From NCBI GenBank assembly GCA_050950505.1, contig JBMNHS010000001.1:672001-736000 (forward strand): a stretch of DNA of 64,000 bases, read 5' to 3'. Source of the stretch: Candidatus Methanomethylophilaceae archaeon. Its GTDB lineage: Archaea > Thermoplasmatota > Thermoplasmata > Methanomassiliicoccales > Methanomethylophilaceae. Of this stretch, positions 19,406-30,460 are shown piece after piece (position 1 is the first letter of the stretch; every line of letters begins with the position of its first letter). The notes under the pieces were generated by a model. It saw only the letters and a list, made by a program, of their open reading frames with translations, ran no database searches and was not told where the DNA came from. A program made the translations under genes and the position numbers.

Positions 19406-20614
19406 TCAGAGGACAGAGCTCAGGAATTCGGTCAGAGAACAGCATATTATTCCGGTATCCGTTGTACCCTCGTAAACTCCCGGATCCATCATCACCACAT
19501 ATTTCGGGAAATTATCCCTTATCGATTCAAGATTGCCGAACTCGCGTTCCATGGTCTCTTCCGATTGAATCGTCTGACATGCCTGTATGTAGATTCTCTT
19601 ATCCCCCTTCTCTGCGACGAAGTCTATCTCCTTTCCGTCGGAGGATCCGATGTAAACACCGTAACCTCTTCCCAGAAGCTCCGTGAATATCATGTTCTCG
19701 ATGTGTCCGGGTGTATCCTCCGGACGATATCCCAACAGGGCGTGTTTGATTCCAAGGTCGGTTACATAATATTTGTATTTGGCCGTGAGAACTCTCTTTC
19801 CCTTTATGTCGAAGGTCTTTGCGCGTATTATGATGTTCGCGGATTCCAGATATCTGAGGTATTCATAAACGGTGTCCGCCGAAACCCTGATGCCTGTCGA
19901 CCTCATCGTGTTATAGAGATTGTTGGCTGAAACGTAGTTTCCGATGGTTGAAAGCGTGTATCTCAGAAGGTTCTTCAACAACTGTTTGTTCTTGATGCCG
20001 AACCTCTCTTCGATGTCATTCGCGATGGATACATCGACAATATCGCGGACCGTCTGCATGTCGGATTGGATATCGGCCGGATTACGCCATAATATGGGAA
20101 ACCCTCCTGCGCGTACGAACGTATGAAAAACATCATCCGCGCCCCCGAACATCTTTTGGAACTCCAGGCATTCCGTGTACGACAGAGGCAACATATGTAT
20201 CGTGTTGAATCTGCCGCCGAGATGGGTTGCATATTCGGAAGACAGCAGATCGGAGTTGGATCCGGTGAGATACACATCGTATAGCTCCCTTGCAATTATG
20301 TCTCTTATTGCCAATTCCCATTCTTTGACGTTCTGTACTTCATCTATGAACAAAACATTCTTTCTTGTTGCATCGACTGCGGATTCCACCTTTCCGAGAA
20401 GCGATCTCCAATCCCTCAGATTATAGTTCTCGGCCAGTTCCATGTTCAGATATACCACGTTATGATCTGTGAATGATCTTGAGAATAATCTCATGACGGA
20501 GGATTTGCCGCATCTTCTTATGCCGGTTATGATTTTGGCATTACCGTTGCCGATGAACGGTCTGATCCTTTCTGTATATCTCGGTCTGTCGACGAGACCG
20601 GCGATGGTATTCAT
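19406..20614 (-). CDS. AAA_14 ATPase with DUF4143 / C-terminal PD-(D/E)xK-like domain (COG1373)
   Basis: GIRRCGKS, LFIDEVQ, LTGSNS, GGFP, KYY-TDLG, EIDFV...YIQ. Confidence 0.9.
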   Translation of the reverse strand: MNTIAGLVDRPRYTERIRPFIGNGNAKIITGIRRCGKSSVMRLFSRSFTDHNVVYLNMELAENYNLRDWRSLLGKVESAVDATRKNVLFIDEVQNVKEWELAIRDIIARELYDVYLTGSNSDLLSSEYATHLGGRFNTIHMLPLSYTECLEFQKMFGGADDVFHTFVRAGGFPILWRNPADIQSDMQTVRDIVDVSIANDIEERFGIKNKQLLKNLLRYTLSTIGNYVSANNLYNTMRSTGIRVSADTVYEYLRYLESANIIIRAKTFDIKGKRVLTAKYKYYVTDLGIKHALLGYRPEDTPGHIENMIFTELLGRGYGVYIGSSDGKEIDFVAEKGDKRIYIQACQTIQSEETMEREFGNLESIRDNFPKYVVMMDPGVYEGTTDTGIICCSLTEFLSSVL

Positions 20615-20983
20615 ACCGCATACATCGATTGAAAGGTATTTAAGATTATCAATAGTTTCGATTAAAGAAGGAAACTATACAGTTATTATAGCATAAGTTT
20701 CATTTTACAGTCTAAACCTTTTCCGATAAGCCGAAGGGCACTCCCGCAATCGGACATCTCTATTCGACTGCCATGGATTACGGGCTCATGACTCTATATT
20801 TTAGTTTTTGGTCGTTTTCCGCACCCTTTCACAGAAAGTTCGGGTAATCGATAAGGAATTGAGGAATACGCCGATATCAAAACCTGCATTCATGTTAATA
20901 TGCAGTGTAATCAATCAAAACGATCTAATACAGTCCGTTAAAATAATTTGATACGGTCTGTCAATTATTTGTAATTCAGACGG

Positions 20984-21763
20984 TCACTTCTTATCTTTTC
21001 TTATCCAGCGTGAATTGTTACGTCCTTTGATCATGAGGTCGGAACGTTTTCCCAGATTAACGCCGTCAAGTAAGTAAATCTGTGCGTTGTCAATATCCAT
21101 AAGTTCGCTGTTAAGCAACGGCCCCAGCAGATCTTCTTTTTCAACATTCACGGGAGATCCGCCCAGCATACGGTTGAAAGCGGGAATGACAATGAATTTC
21201 TCGGGCAGGAGAGAATATCTTTCCGATTCCGTATTCAAAAATTTACCCCGCATCCAACAGGGCTCTGTTGTTATTTTTCCGACGCCATCTTTGAACATTA
21301 CCGCAGGGTGATTATGGGCCATAATCAGTATTTCGCAGTTCATCACGTCTTCAGAAGGCCAGGTATGTCCGTGAACATAACCGACCCGTCCGATTTTCAA
21401 ACCCGTAGCGGGACGGAACCCGACCCCCCGGGGAAGAAACTCTTCCAAATTGGTATCGTGATTTCCTCTCACCACATCCACTTCGCTGAAAATATCCAGT
21501 AAATTATCGAAGAATTCGGGTATTTCCCGATATTCCTGTTTGGAGGTTCCGGGTACGGAGTCTTTGACATCTCCGATGATAATTATTCTGTCGCAGTCTT
21601 CCGATATTTCGATGATGGTATTCAGCATTTCTTTGGTTCTGGATACCAGGTGAAACCCCTTGGCTCCAAGGTGGGATTCAACACCTATGTGCAAATCTCC
21701 AATCACCAGTATGTTCCCGTTACGCAATGCAGGTATGCCGATGACGGGCTGAATGTCAATCAT
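20984..21763 (-). CDS. Calcineurin-like metallophosphoesterase (COG1407-like)
   Basis: GDLHIG, GDVKD, RGNHD, HGH, AHNHP, PAFN. Confidence 0.88.
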   Translation of the reverse strand: MIDIQPVIGIPALRNGNILVIGDLHIGVESHLGAKGFHLVSRTKEMLNTIIEISEDCDRIIIIGDVKDSVPGTSKQEYREIPEFFDNLLDIFSEVDVVRGNHDTNLEEFLPRGVGFRPATGLKIGRVGYVHGHTWPSEDVMNCEILIMAHNHPAVMFKDGVGKITTEPCWMRGKFLNTESERYSLLPEKFIVIPAFNRMLGGSPVNVEKEDLLGPLLNSELMDIDNAQIYLLDGVNLGKRSDLMIKGRNNSRWIRKDKK

Positions 21764-23184
21764 CGTTTCGACAATCCTTCTTTCAGAACGTTAGGAATTT
21801 CATCGATAACATCCGTTGCAATCATTCCGTAACTACGTGATTCAAATCCCCGATCTCCCGCTTTGCCACAAATATATGCGCCGAGGCATGCGGCATCGAA
21901 TGCGGACAAACCTTTTGAAAGAAGTCCCGCCACAATTCCGGCCAGCACATCCCCGGTTCCGGCAACTGTCATTGCCGGATTACCGGTACGATTCATCCTT
22001 GTGTGTTTTCCGTCGGAGATTATATCCTCTTTTCCCTTCAGCAGTATGACGGCATTCAGCGATTTTGCGATATCGGCAACATCATCGGCATTTCTGAATT
22101 TCTTTCCGAGCCTTTCGAATTCTCTTTTGTGGGGCGTGAAAACAATCGGAACCGATGCTTCGAAACCCGATTCAACGGCAGTGATTCCGTCGGCATCGAT
22201 GACCATGGGAACACCGCATCCGGAAACAAACATTCTGACCGCCGAAAGAGTATCTTCGTCCGTACCGAGACCGGGTCCGATCAGCACCGTATCGTAATCA
22301 ACGGAAAATTTCAGAAGTTCGGGTACATGAGACGGAAGCAGAATATTACGGGAGTTGCCATCTTCATCTGCAAGGGGGTGAAATGTGAACACCGGTGAGA
22401 ACGATGCCACGCTGCCGGCAATTCCCTCCGGGGTTGCGATATTTACTATATCCGCCCCGACTCTCAGGGCCGACAGTCCGGACATGGCAGGAGCTCCGAT
22501 GTAAGGCCCTCCGCCCACAATCATAACCCGCCCGTTGCATCCTTTGTGACTGTCGGATTTGGGAACGGGGTATCTCAGCATGTCGCCGGGTCCGACTATC
22601 CTTAATGCGTCTTCGGGAATTCCGATGTCGGCTACAACGATTTCGCCGGAGTTTTCTTCCGTCATACCGGTTTTCGGATACTGAAAAGAAACCGTTATGT
22701 CCGGTTTGACCTGCATGTCGCACCCTAATCCGGTGGGTATGTCGGCGGAGATTATCGTATCTTTGAAGTTTTTGGATATTTTTATGAAATTATCGTAAGG
22801 CGATTTAATCGACCCCTTGGTTCCTGTGCCCAAACCGCAGTCGACAAGCACGTCGAAGTCGTTAGGGACGAGGTCATCGAACATAATAACAGGACAATTC
22901 AAAGCAGAAAAGTATTTTCTGGAGATATCGGAGCGTATCGACGTCTCGGGCTTCATCAGACAAACAGTAACGTCTTCGTCTTTCATCAAACCGGCGGCGG
23001 CGAATCCGTCGCCTCCGTTGTTGCCCGTACCGCAAACAAACAGGAATTTCTTACCTGAATACCGTTTAAGAACCTTAACCAGAGCGTTTCCCGCATTTCC
23101 CATAAGCGTATAGAGATCCGTGCCCAAAGCTTCGGCATTGGCGTCCAATATACGGGTTTCCGATGCAGGCAACATCTCAATCAC
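21760..23184 (-). CDS. nnr: Bifunctional NAD(P)H-hydrate epimerase/dehydratase
   Basis: LM-NAG, GNNGGDG, DIPTG, SHKG-NG, GPGLG, DADG, TPH-REF, GTGDVLAG. Confidence 0.95.
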   Translation of the reverse strand: MIEMLPASETRILDANAEALGTDLYTLMGNAGNALVKVLKRYSGKKFLFVCGTGNNGGDGFAAAGLMKDEDVTVCLMKPETSIRSDISRKYFSALNCPVIMFDDLVPNDFDVLVDCGLGTGTKGSIKSPYDNFIKISKNFKDTIISADIPTGLGCDMQVKPDITVSFQYPKTGMTEENSGEIVVADIGIPEDALRIVGPGDMLRYPVPKSDSHKGCNGRVMIVGGGPYIGAPAMSGLSALRVGADIVNIATPEGIAGSVASFSPVFTFHPLADEDGNSRNILLPSHVPELLKFSVDYDTVLIGPGLGTDEDTLSAVRMFVSGCGVPMVIDADGITAVESGFEASVPIVFTPHKREFERLGKKFRNADDVADIAKSLNAVILLKGKEDIISDGKHTRMNRTGNPAMTVAGTGDVLAGIVAGLLSKGLSAFDAACLGAYICGKAGDRGFESRSYGMIATDVIDEIPNVLKEGLSKR

Positions 23185-23474
23185 TTTTGATTTTTGACCA
23201 ATATTTCACCGATGCGGGGCAATATTTCAGTTTTAGTCATTTTTCCCCTTTCAACGCGTATGCAACCGTTTTTGGCAAGAGCATTGCCGGGGTAAGACAT
23301 GTTTTCGAATATTTTGTATTCCAGGTCGAGAATCATGGCCCCTTTGGCAATGATGTCCAAATCGGGATCTTTGACGCACAGTGATTTGGGCAGTCTGCGT
23401 CCTTCGGAACGGGTGCGTCCGATGTCAAAATATTCCGGCCATATCGTGATGGCCGTATCCTCATCATATGCCAT
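23181..23474 (-). CDS. srp19: Signal recognition particle protein Srp19
   Basis: IWPEYFD-R-RSEGRRLPK-L-V-DP, YP motifs. Confidence 0.93.
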   Translation of the reverse strand: MAYDEDTAITIWPEYFDIGRTRSEGRRLPKSLCVKDPDLDIIAKGAMILDLEYKIFENMSYPGNALAKNGCIRVERGKMTKTEILPRIGEILVKNQK

Positions 23475-23524
23475 AATGAACACGTATCATGTGAAAAGAA
23501 TTAAAACTGATTGGAAAAATAAAG

Positions 23525-23557
23525 GCAGGCGGGCCGTTGCCTGAGACGGCAACCTGT
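23525..23557 (-). terminator. Hairpin after rps8e
   Basis: GCAGG..GCCGTT-GCCTGA-GACGGC..CCTGT, with T-rich sequence downstream on the minus strand. Confidence 0.4.
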
Positions 23558-23570
23558 GTATGAATCGGTA

Positions 23571-23950
23571 TCAGAGCAGAACAGCGTTGATGACCCCATC
23601 CTGACCGGGCCTGGAAGTGACGACAGCGTCACCGGCTTCGGTGGATGATGGTAGCGCCCCTGTTCATGATGTTGCGCTGTACGTAGTTAGGGTCGGCCGG
23701 GTTGGTTTTGACGGTTATGATCTTTACCTTTTTGGTGGTGTTGTTGCTTCTTATCGACAACGTTGGCATATTCTGCCATGAGAACGCCGGTCTTCACGTT
23801 ACCGCCCATTCCGCGGTAAGCCTTGGAAGACTGACGGCCTATTCTTGTGAACTGTTTCTCTCTGCCGATTTCGAATTTTCTTTTACCAGCGCACAGGACA
23901 CGCCTGCCGCCGGTGGACTTTCTTCTTGATTTACCCTGCCAAAGTGCCAT
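23571..23950 (-). CDS. rps8e: 30S ribosomal protein S8e, interrupted by two apparent +1 frameshifts (probably sequencing errors)
   Basis: MALWQGKSRRKSTGGR..KRKFEIGRE; shifted frames continue TNPADPNYVQRNIMNRGA and TEAGDAVVTSRPGQDGVINAVLL*; 380 nt = 126 codons + 2 extra bases. Confidence 0.93.
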
Positions 23951-24003
23951 ACTAATCGAATCCACTTTACATAAGATACGTATAAAAAGGTTTGTGATAC
24001 AAG

Positions 24004-24654
24004 TTACAGCCCCTCGAGGCCCAACAGAACAGAGCTTCGGGCTTTACCGTTCTTTGATATCCACTAATGCGCCGTAACCGTCCTCTTGCGGGGCCGGGAT
24101 TCACAAACACGGTGCCGTCCTGTTCCACAATGCCCCGGGCTTCATGCACATGTCCGGACAGAGCAAGGATGGGCTCGAATTCGTCGACAATTCTTTTAAC
24201 TGCTTTGCTGCCCACGCTCTGCCCGGAGGGAATCTGATCCAATATCCCGTACGGCGGTACGTGAGTCATAAGCACCATTCCCTTTTTTGATATCTGTTTC
24301 AGACCCTGATAAAGTTCGTTTTCCGTAAGTTCGAAAGGAGTTCCGAAGATGGTTATGTTGGATCCCCCCAATCCGGCAAAATGTATTCCGTCGATTTCAG
24401 TGCTTTTGCCGTGCATATCGTGGGCAACATCGGAAATCTTCCGAGGCATGTCTCTGGGATCGCAGTTTCCGGGTATAACGTACACCTCGGAATTGATGTC
24501 CTGTATGATTCCGATTGCGTCTTCCCCCGTTCCCATGTCCGTGACGTCCCCCAGGAAAAGGGTGAACTCCGGAGCGTACTCCTCGAATCATGGAGTTAAT
24601 CGATTCCAACATGGATCGCTTCTGATGAAAGTCCGTAATCACCAAAAATCTCAT
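24004..24654 (-). CDS. Icc-like metallophosphoesterase (COG2129), with several apparent frameshifts
   Basis: MRFLVITDFH, then shifted LFLGDVTD, IPGNCD, GLGGS, THVPPYG, GHVHEARG, VNPGP; extra bases near 24587 and 24020-24085. Confidence 0.8.
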
Positions 24655-24784
24655 GGTTGATGATGGCAAGGCAGGTTAATACTCCTTTTGTTGTCGGTAT
24701 TGAATATCATCGCATAATATAAGGAACGGAAGCCATAAGTGTGACCGTAAGATATTTCTTTCCGATAATGGTGGCAAAATGTGA

Positions 24785-24872
24785 TGGCGTGGAGGGCGAG
24801 ATTCGAACTCGCGAGTCCTTGTGGGACAATAGATTAGCAGTCTATCGCCTTGCCAGGCTGGGCTACCTCCAC
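24785..24872 (-). tRNA. tRNA-Ser(GCT), CCA encoded
   Basis: GTGGAGG acceptor, anticodon arm ATAGA-CTGCTAA-TCTAT, long variable arm, GTTCGAATC T-loop. Confidence 0.96.
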
Positions 24873-25011
24873 TTATTTGAGGTGTATGTGGTTACGGTAT
24901 TAAACTTTTGGATGTTCGATCGCTTCCGTGCAGAAGTACATATACCATGAGATTCATTATTATTTATTCGAAAATACATCAATTGTGTTCTCGAATATCA
25001 CGGATGAGTAG

Positions 25012-25022
25012 TATTTTATATG
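25012..25022 (+). promoter_or_regulatory. Probable TATA box of the 16S rRNA transcript
   Basis: TTTTATAT ~320 nt upstream of 16S, followed by a hairpin-rich leader. Confidence 0.45.
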
Positions 25023-25337
25023 AATTCGTGATTGTACAATTCCCTGTGACATGTGGGGTACGGCGGCATCAAAACCGTTATATACTCCACAGCGTTACGA
25101 GGAGTTGCGAGAAAGAACCCGACGTGTATCCACGTCTGTTTTTCTTCGCAAATATGGAGAGTCAAGATCCCCGCCTCCGTGCGTGATCTCTTGAACTCTG
25201 ACGTTCGATGCTACGAATGTTCTGTTAGACGGAACATTCGATTGAGTGTGCCGTTTGACAGGACAGCGGTGAAACATGGTAAAACTGCCAGTTTCTTTTC
25301 ATCCATCCAAGACGATACAATATGTCATTAGGATTTG

Positions 25338-26807
<1,470 letters not shown>

Positions 26808-26811
26808 AAGC

Positions 26812-26834
26812 AGGGTGGGGTTTTACCCCACCCT
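26812..26834 (+). terminator. Strong hairpin immediately 3' of 16S
   Basis: AGGGTGGGGT-TTT-ACCCCACCCT, 10-bp perfect stem 4 nt after the mature end. Confidence 0.65.
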
Positions 26835-27157
26835 CAACCAAAACTATGTGTGTATCAAAACGAAAATAAAGCAAGGAAATCAATGATTTCCCGCGATTCC
26901 TCGGCAGCTTTACCATGCACTAAACGTAGCATCGAACGTCCATCCATTCTTTTTTTTCTATACTGTCTGTATAACTTTCAGTATCTTCAGAAAGTCGAAT
27001 ACGTCATGAGATTAGGTGAAAACTGCGAAATGCAAATCATGATTCGATTGCATTTTCCGTTCAGAATATAAAAGTGTAAAAAGTTTGGTTCGGAGATCCT
27101 TTCCGGCTGACGCAATTCCCCGGGGCTCTCCATTCGGTGCTCCGTTTGATTCGAAAC

Positions 27158-28348
27158 TCACCCCAGCAAAGCCTTGACGATTTCTTCGGCGGATCCGAGA
27201 TCTTCGGCACTGGGTTTCCACATGGAACGGATTCCTGTGTCGGTAACTTGGAACCCTGCATCCGCAAGCTCCTTTTTCAGTATATCGACACTCTCGCCGC
27301 TCCACCCGTAGCATCCGAACGCAGCCGCCCTTTTGTTCTTGAACTTCAGGGATTTCATGAATCTTATCGCGGTGCTCACGCCCATCATTATGTCGCGGCT
27401 GATTGTCGGGGATCCGACGGCAATCGCTTTGGATCTGAACACTTCCGTCATCATTTCGCTCATGTCCGATTTGGAACAGTTGAACATTCTTACCATGGTG
27501 TTCGGACTGACTTCGGATGTGACTCTGGATATTTCCTGGGCTATGGCGGCGGTGCCTTCCCACATGGTATCATACAGAATCGTGAGCTGATCTTCCTGGT
27601 AATTGTCTGCCCATTCCACATACTTCTCGATAATCTGCATGGGTTTGTCCCTCCAGATGACTCCGTGACTTGTGGCAATCAAATCTATCGGAATGTTCAG
27701 CGCTTTGATCTCAGCAATCTTCTTGGTTACCAAAGCGGAGAACGGTGACAGAATATTGGCGTAATATTTCATTGCCTCATATTCGAGCTTGCACTGATCT
27801 GCGGTGTCGTTGAACAATCCGCCCACGGCATAGTGCTGTCCGAAGGCATCGTTGGAGAACAGGATGTTGTCCCCCGTCAGATAAGTGGCCATACTGTCCG
27901 GCCAGTGAAGCATCGTCATCTCAACGAAAATCAATTTCTTTCCGTTTCCCACATCCACGGAATCTCCGGTCTTCACAACTCTGAAATCCCAGTTGTTTCT
28001 GCCATACTGTCCCTCTATGCTTTTTACGGCGTTGGCGGTACAGTAAATCGGGGTTTCCGGAATCTCTTTCATAAGGGCGGGAAGGGCGCCGGAGTGGTCC
28101 GCTTCACCATGATTCATGATTATGAAATCAATGTTTTCCAACCCCACTTCTTTCTTCAGATTATCGACGAACCCGTCGCCGTGAGGCGTCCATACAGTGT
28201 CTATCAACACAGTCTTTTCTTCTTCGATGAGATATGCGTTTTGACTTGAACCATCAGTGATGGTGTAGTCTTCGCCGTGGAATTTTTTAAGTTCCCAGTC
28301 CAGGTAGCCTACCCAGCTGACATTGTTTTTGATTGTACGTTTCATCAT
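27158..28348 (-). CDS. fprA: Flavodiiron protein (FprA; O2/NO reductase)
   Basis: HGEADHSG, HWPDSM, SNDAFGQH, YYANI, flavodoxin YDTMWEGT, GSPT, FGCYGWSGE. Confidence 0.95.
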   Translation of the reverse strand: MMKRTIKNNVSWVGYLDWELKKFHGEDYTITDGSSQNAYLIEEEKTVLIDTVWTPHGDGFVDNLKKEVGLENIDFIIMNHGEADHSGALPALMKEIPETPIYCTANAVKSIEGQYGRNNWDFRVVKTGDSVDVGNGKKLIFVEMTMLHWPDSMATYLTGDNILFSNDAFGQHYAVGGLFNDTADQCKLEYEAMKYYANILSPFSALVTKKIAEIKALNIPIDLIATSHGVIWRDKPMQIIEKYVEWADNYQEDQLTILYDTMWEGTAAIAQEISRVTSEVSPNTMVRMFNCSKSDMSEMMTEVFRSKAIAVGSPTISRDIMMGVSTAIRFMKSLKFKNKRAAAFGCYGWSGESVDILKKELADAGFQVTDTGIRSMWKPSAEDLGSAEEIVKALLG

Positions 28349-28507
28349 AATTCCTCTGATTCCGCAATCGGACTAGGATATTAAAATACGGTGCGTCAGG
28401 ATTATAACCCCCGGACGAAAATTCCATGAATGTATCGGATTCCGACGTTCGTCTTTACAATCCCCGTTATTAACAGAATATATCTATTTTCAGAACATCC
28501 CCCGGGT

Positions 28508-29062
28508 ATGGACGTCAGAATCAAATCGGCAGTACCGGGAGCGATTCTTTGGATGGTGTTCATAGTGCCCGCCGCGTACATGATTCATGTATCCGACTTC
28601 AGCGGAACCGAATCCTTTCTCGTGTTGTTGTTTGCCGCTTTCTCGGGAACCATAGCCACGGAGGGATATCACGAAATCGCGGGCCACCGGCCTTTGGGAA
28701 CACTCAAAGAATTCTCGGCCATGACCCGTGAAGAACTTTCCATGTTCAACGGACACAGAATATCTCTGTTCAACGGGATTCTCCACCTGATTTCCGCCGT
28801 GATTGTAAGTGCTCCGACTTATCTGCGGGCGTATTTGTACGAAGATTACATTCTGGTTATTTTCTTCAGTCTGCTGATACCCATGGCTGTCATGTTGGCC
28901 GTCGGCAGTTATTTGGTCAATTACGGCAGACTGTTCAAAACGCCAGATGGACGAAAGGCGGGCAGACTCAGAGACCCGGGAGCCGCCGCCAGAACCACGT
29001 TTTCATTGTTGATCGCGATAGGGGCATGTTACGGATTGGCGACCTTGTTTTCAATAGTATGA
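28508..29062 (+). CDS. Hypothetical membrane protein (~5 TM); start could be 28430
   Basis: Hydrophobic ORF filling the gap between fprA and tRNA-Gln; no family recognised. Confidence 0.65.
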   Translation: MDVRIKSAVPGAILWMVFIVPAAYMIHVSDFSGTESFLVLLFAAFSGTIATEGYHEIAGHRPLGTLKEFSAMTREELSMFNGHRISLFNGILHLISAVIVSAPTYLRAYLYEDYILVIFFSLLIPMAVMLAVGSYLVNYGRLFKTPDGRKAGRLRDPGAAARTTFSLLIAIGACYGLATLFSIV

Positions 29063-29118
29063 AGAAGCTTCCGAAATGAAATTCCGTCCCGATTCGACGG
29101 AATACAAGAGTGTGATTA

Positions 29119-29194
29119 TGGTAGTCCTGCCCGGGTTCGAACCGGGGTCGCTGGCTCCAAAGGCCAACATGATTGACCACTACACTACAGGACT
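29119..29194 (-). tRNA. tRNA-Gln(TTG), CCA encoded
   Basis: AGTCCTG acceptor, TTGGC-CTTTGGA-GCCAG anticodon arm, GGTTCGAACC. Confidence 0.96.
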
Positions 29195-29212
29195 TTGAAT
29201 GAGTTATCGGTT

Positions 29213-30451
29213 TCAGTTATTTAACGTTCTTCCGACAAAATATGTGGACGAACAACCTGTGATTTCCACGTCCAGGAATTTTCCCAACGGAAGGTCTTCC
29301 ATAATGCCCACGGGTCTGTAATTGTCCGTTCTGGCTATGACGGTTCCCGGTTTGCCCTTTTCAGTGACAAGAACCCTAACGGTTTTTCCGATCATCGCTT
29401 CGTTGTTCGCCAGTTCGATTTCGCTTCTGACGTCGGTGAGTTCGGTCGACCGTTCCTTCAGAATCCTGCCGTTGATCGGTTTCATTTTCGCGGCCTTTGT
29501 GCCGGGACGCGAAGAGAAACGTGTGATGTTAACAGTATCCGCTTTCAGTCTTCTGAGCAGGTCAACACTCATCCGGTGATCTTCATCAGTTTCTCCGGGA
29601 AATCCCGCAATCATATCCGTCGCAATGCTCATATCGGGATATCTGGCTCTGATCAAATCGACGAGAGCGAAAAACTCCTCCACGGAATACATCCGCTTCA
29701 TGCCATCAAGGATTCGGTTGCTGCCGCTCTGTACGGGAATATGTATGAACCTGTATAGACGCGGGTCTTTGAAAACATCAAGCAACTCATCCGCTATGGG
29801 CATCAACCAGTCGGGATTCATCATACCGATCCGTATTCGGTAATCTCCCGGAGTTTTCAGCATCAGGCGCAGAAGTTCGGGCAAACCTAAACCCGTGTCT
29901 CTGCCGTAGCAGGCGGTATCCTGCGCTGTAATCAATATTTCCTTGGCTCCCCCCGCAATCCTTTTGCGGAATTCCGCCAAAAGTTCGTCGACGGGATAAC
30001 TGATCAGTTTTCCCCTGGCGAATCTGGTTATGCAATACGAACATGCTCCGAGACAGCCTTGTGCGATGGGAATGATGGCCGAAGTGCTCGTATCTTTGTG
30101 GTCCAAAGGATTCCAGCATCCGTATTTCGTTCCGACTCTGTCGGAGAATTCCGAATAGTTCTGAGGAGATATGATAAGGGAATCGGGAAGTCTGACGGAA
30201 ATTCTTCCGGGCTGAACTTCGGCCATGCACCCGGTCACTATGACCTCTTTGCCCATGCTCCGAAGATCGGTCATCCGTTTGACCATCTTCTTTTCGGTGG
30301 TATCAACCACGGTGCAGGTGTTGAGTATGACGATGTCCGCATCTTCGACCGAAGAGGTTTCTTCGTAACCCATGCCCGTCATCCTTTCGGCGAGTTGTTC
30401 ACCCTCGCCGTAGTTCATGGTGCAGCCGTATGATTCTACGAAATATCTCAT
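29213..30451 (-). CDS. mtaB: tRNA t6A37 methylthiotransferase (MiaB-like, archaeal MtaB/CDKAL1 type)
   Basis: ESYGCTMN, NTCTV, VTGCM, GCLGACSYC radical SAM, RIGMMNP, C-terminal TRAM. Confidence 0.9.
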   Translation of the reverse strand: MRYFVESYGCTMNYGEGEQLAERMTGMGYEETSSVEDADIVILNTCTVVDTTEKKMVKRMTDLRSMGKEVIVTGCMAEVQPGRISVRLPDSLIISPQNYSEFSDRVGTKYGCWNPLDHKDTSTSAIIPIAQGCLGACSYCITRFARGKLISYPVDELLAEFRKRIAGGAKEILITAQDTACYGRDTGLGLPELLRLMLKTPGDYRIRIGMMNPDWLMPIADELLDVFKDPRLYRFIHIPVQSGSNRILDGMKRMYSVEEFFALVDLIRARYPDMSIATDMIAGFPGETDEDHRMSVDLLRRLKADTVNITRFSSRPGTKAAKMKPINGRILKERSTELTDVRSEIELANNEAMIGKTVRVLVTEKGKPGTVIARTDNYRPVGIMEDLPLGKFLDVEITGCSSTYFVGRTLNN

Positions 30452-30460
30452 ATGAAACGT

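Noticed and set aside
20700-20775. Short minus-strand frame with two TAG codons as a hidden pyrrolysine peptide
   Set aside because: Only ~24 codons, no SD or recognisable motif; consistent with chance.
23571-23950. Programmed ribosomal frameshifting in rps8e
   Set aside because: Two shifts in one short essential gene, no slippery heptamer or stimulator, and similar indels in the neighbouring gene; sequencing error is simpler.
25040-25337. SRP RNA, RNase P RNA or 5S rRNA hidden in the rRNA leaders (also 54555-54812)
   Set aside because: No SRP helix-8 motif, no RNase P GAGGAAAGTCC-type motif and no 5S signature; best read as external transcribed spacers.
26850-27150. 73-aa ORF and possible ncRNA between 16S and fprA
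   Set aside because: AT-rich with no coding-like composition, start signal or convincing structure; treated as intergenic.
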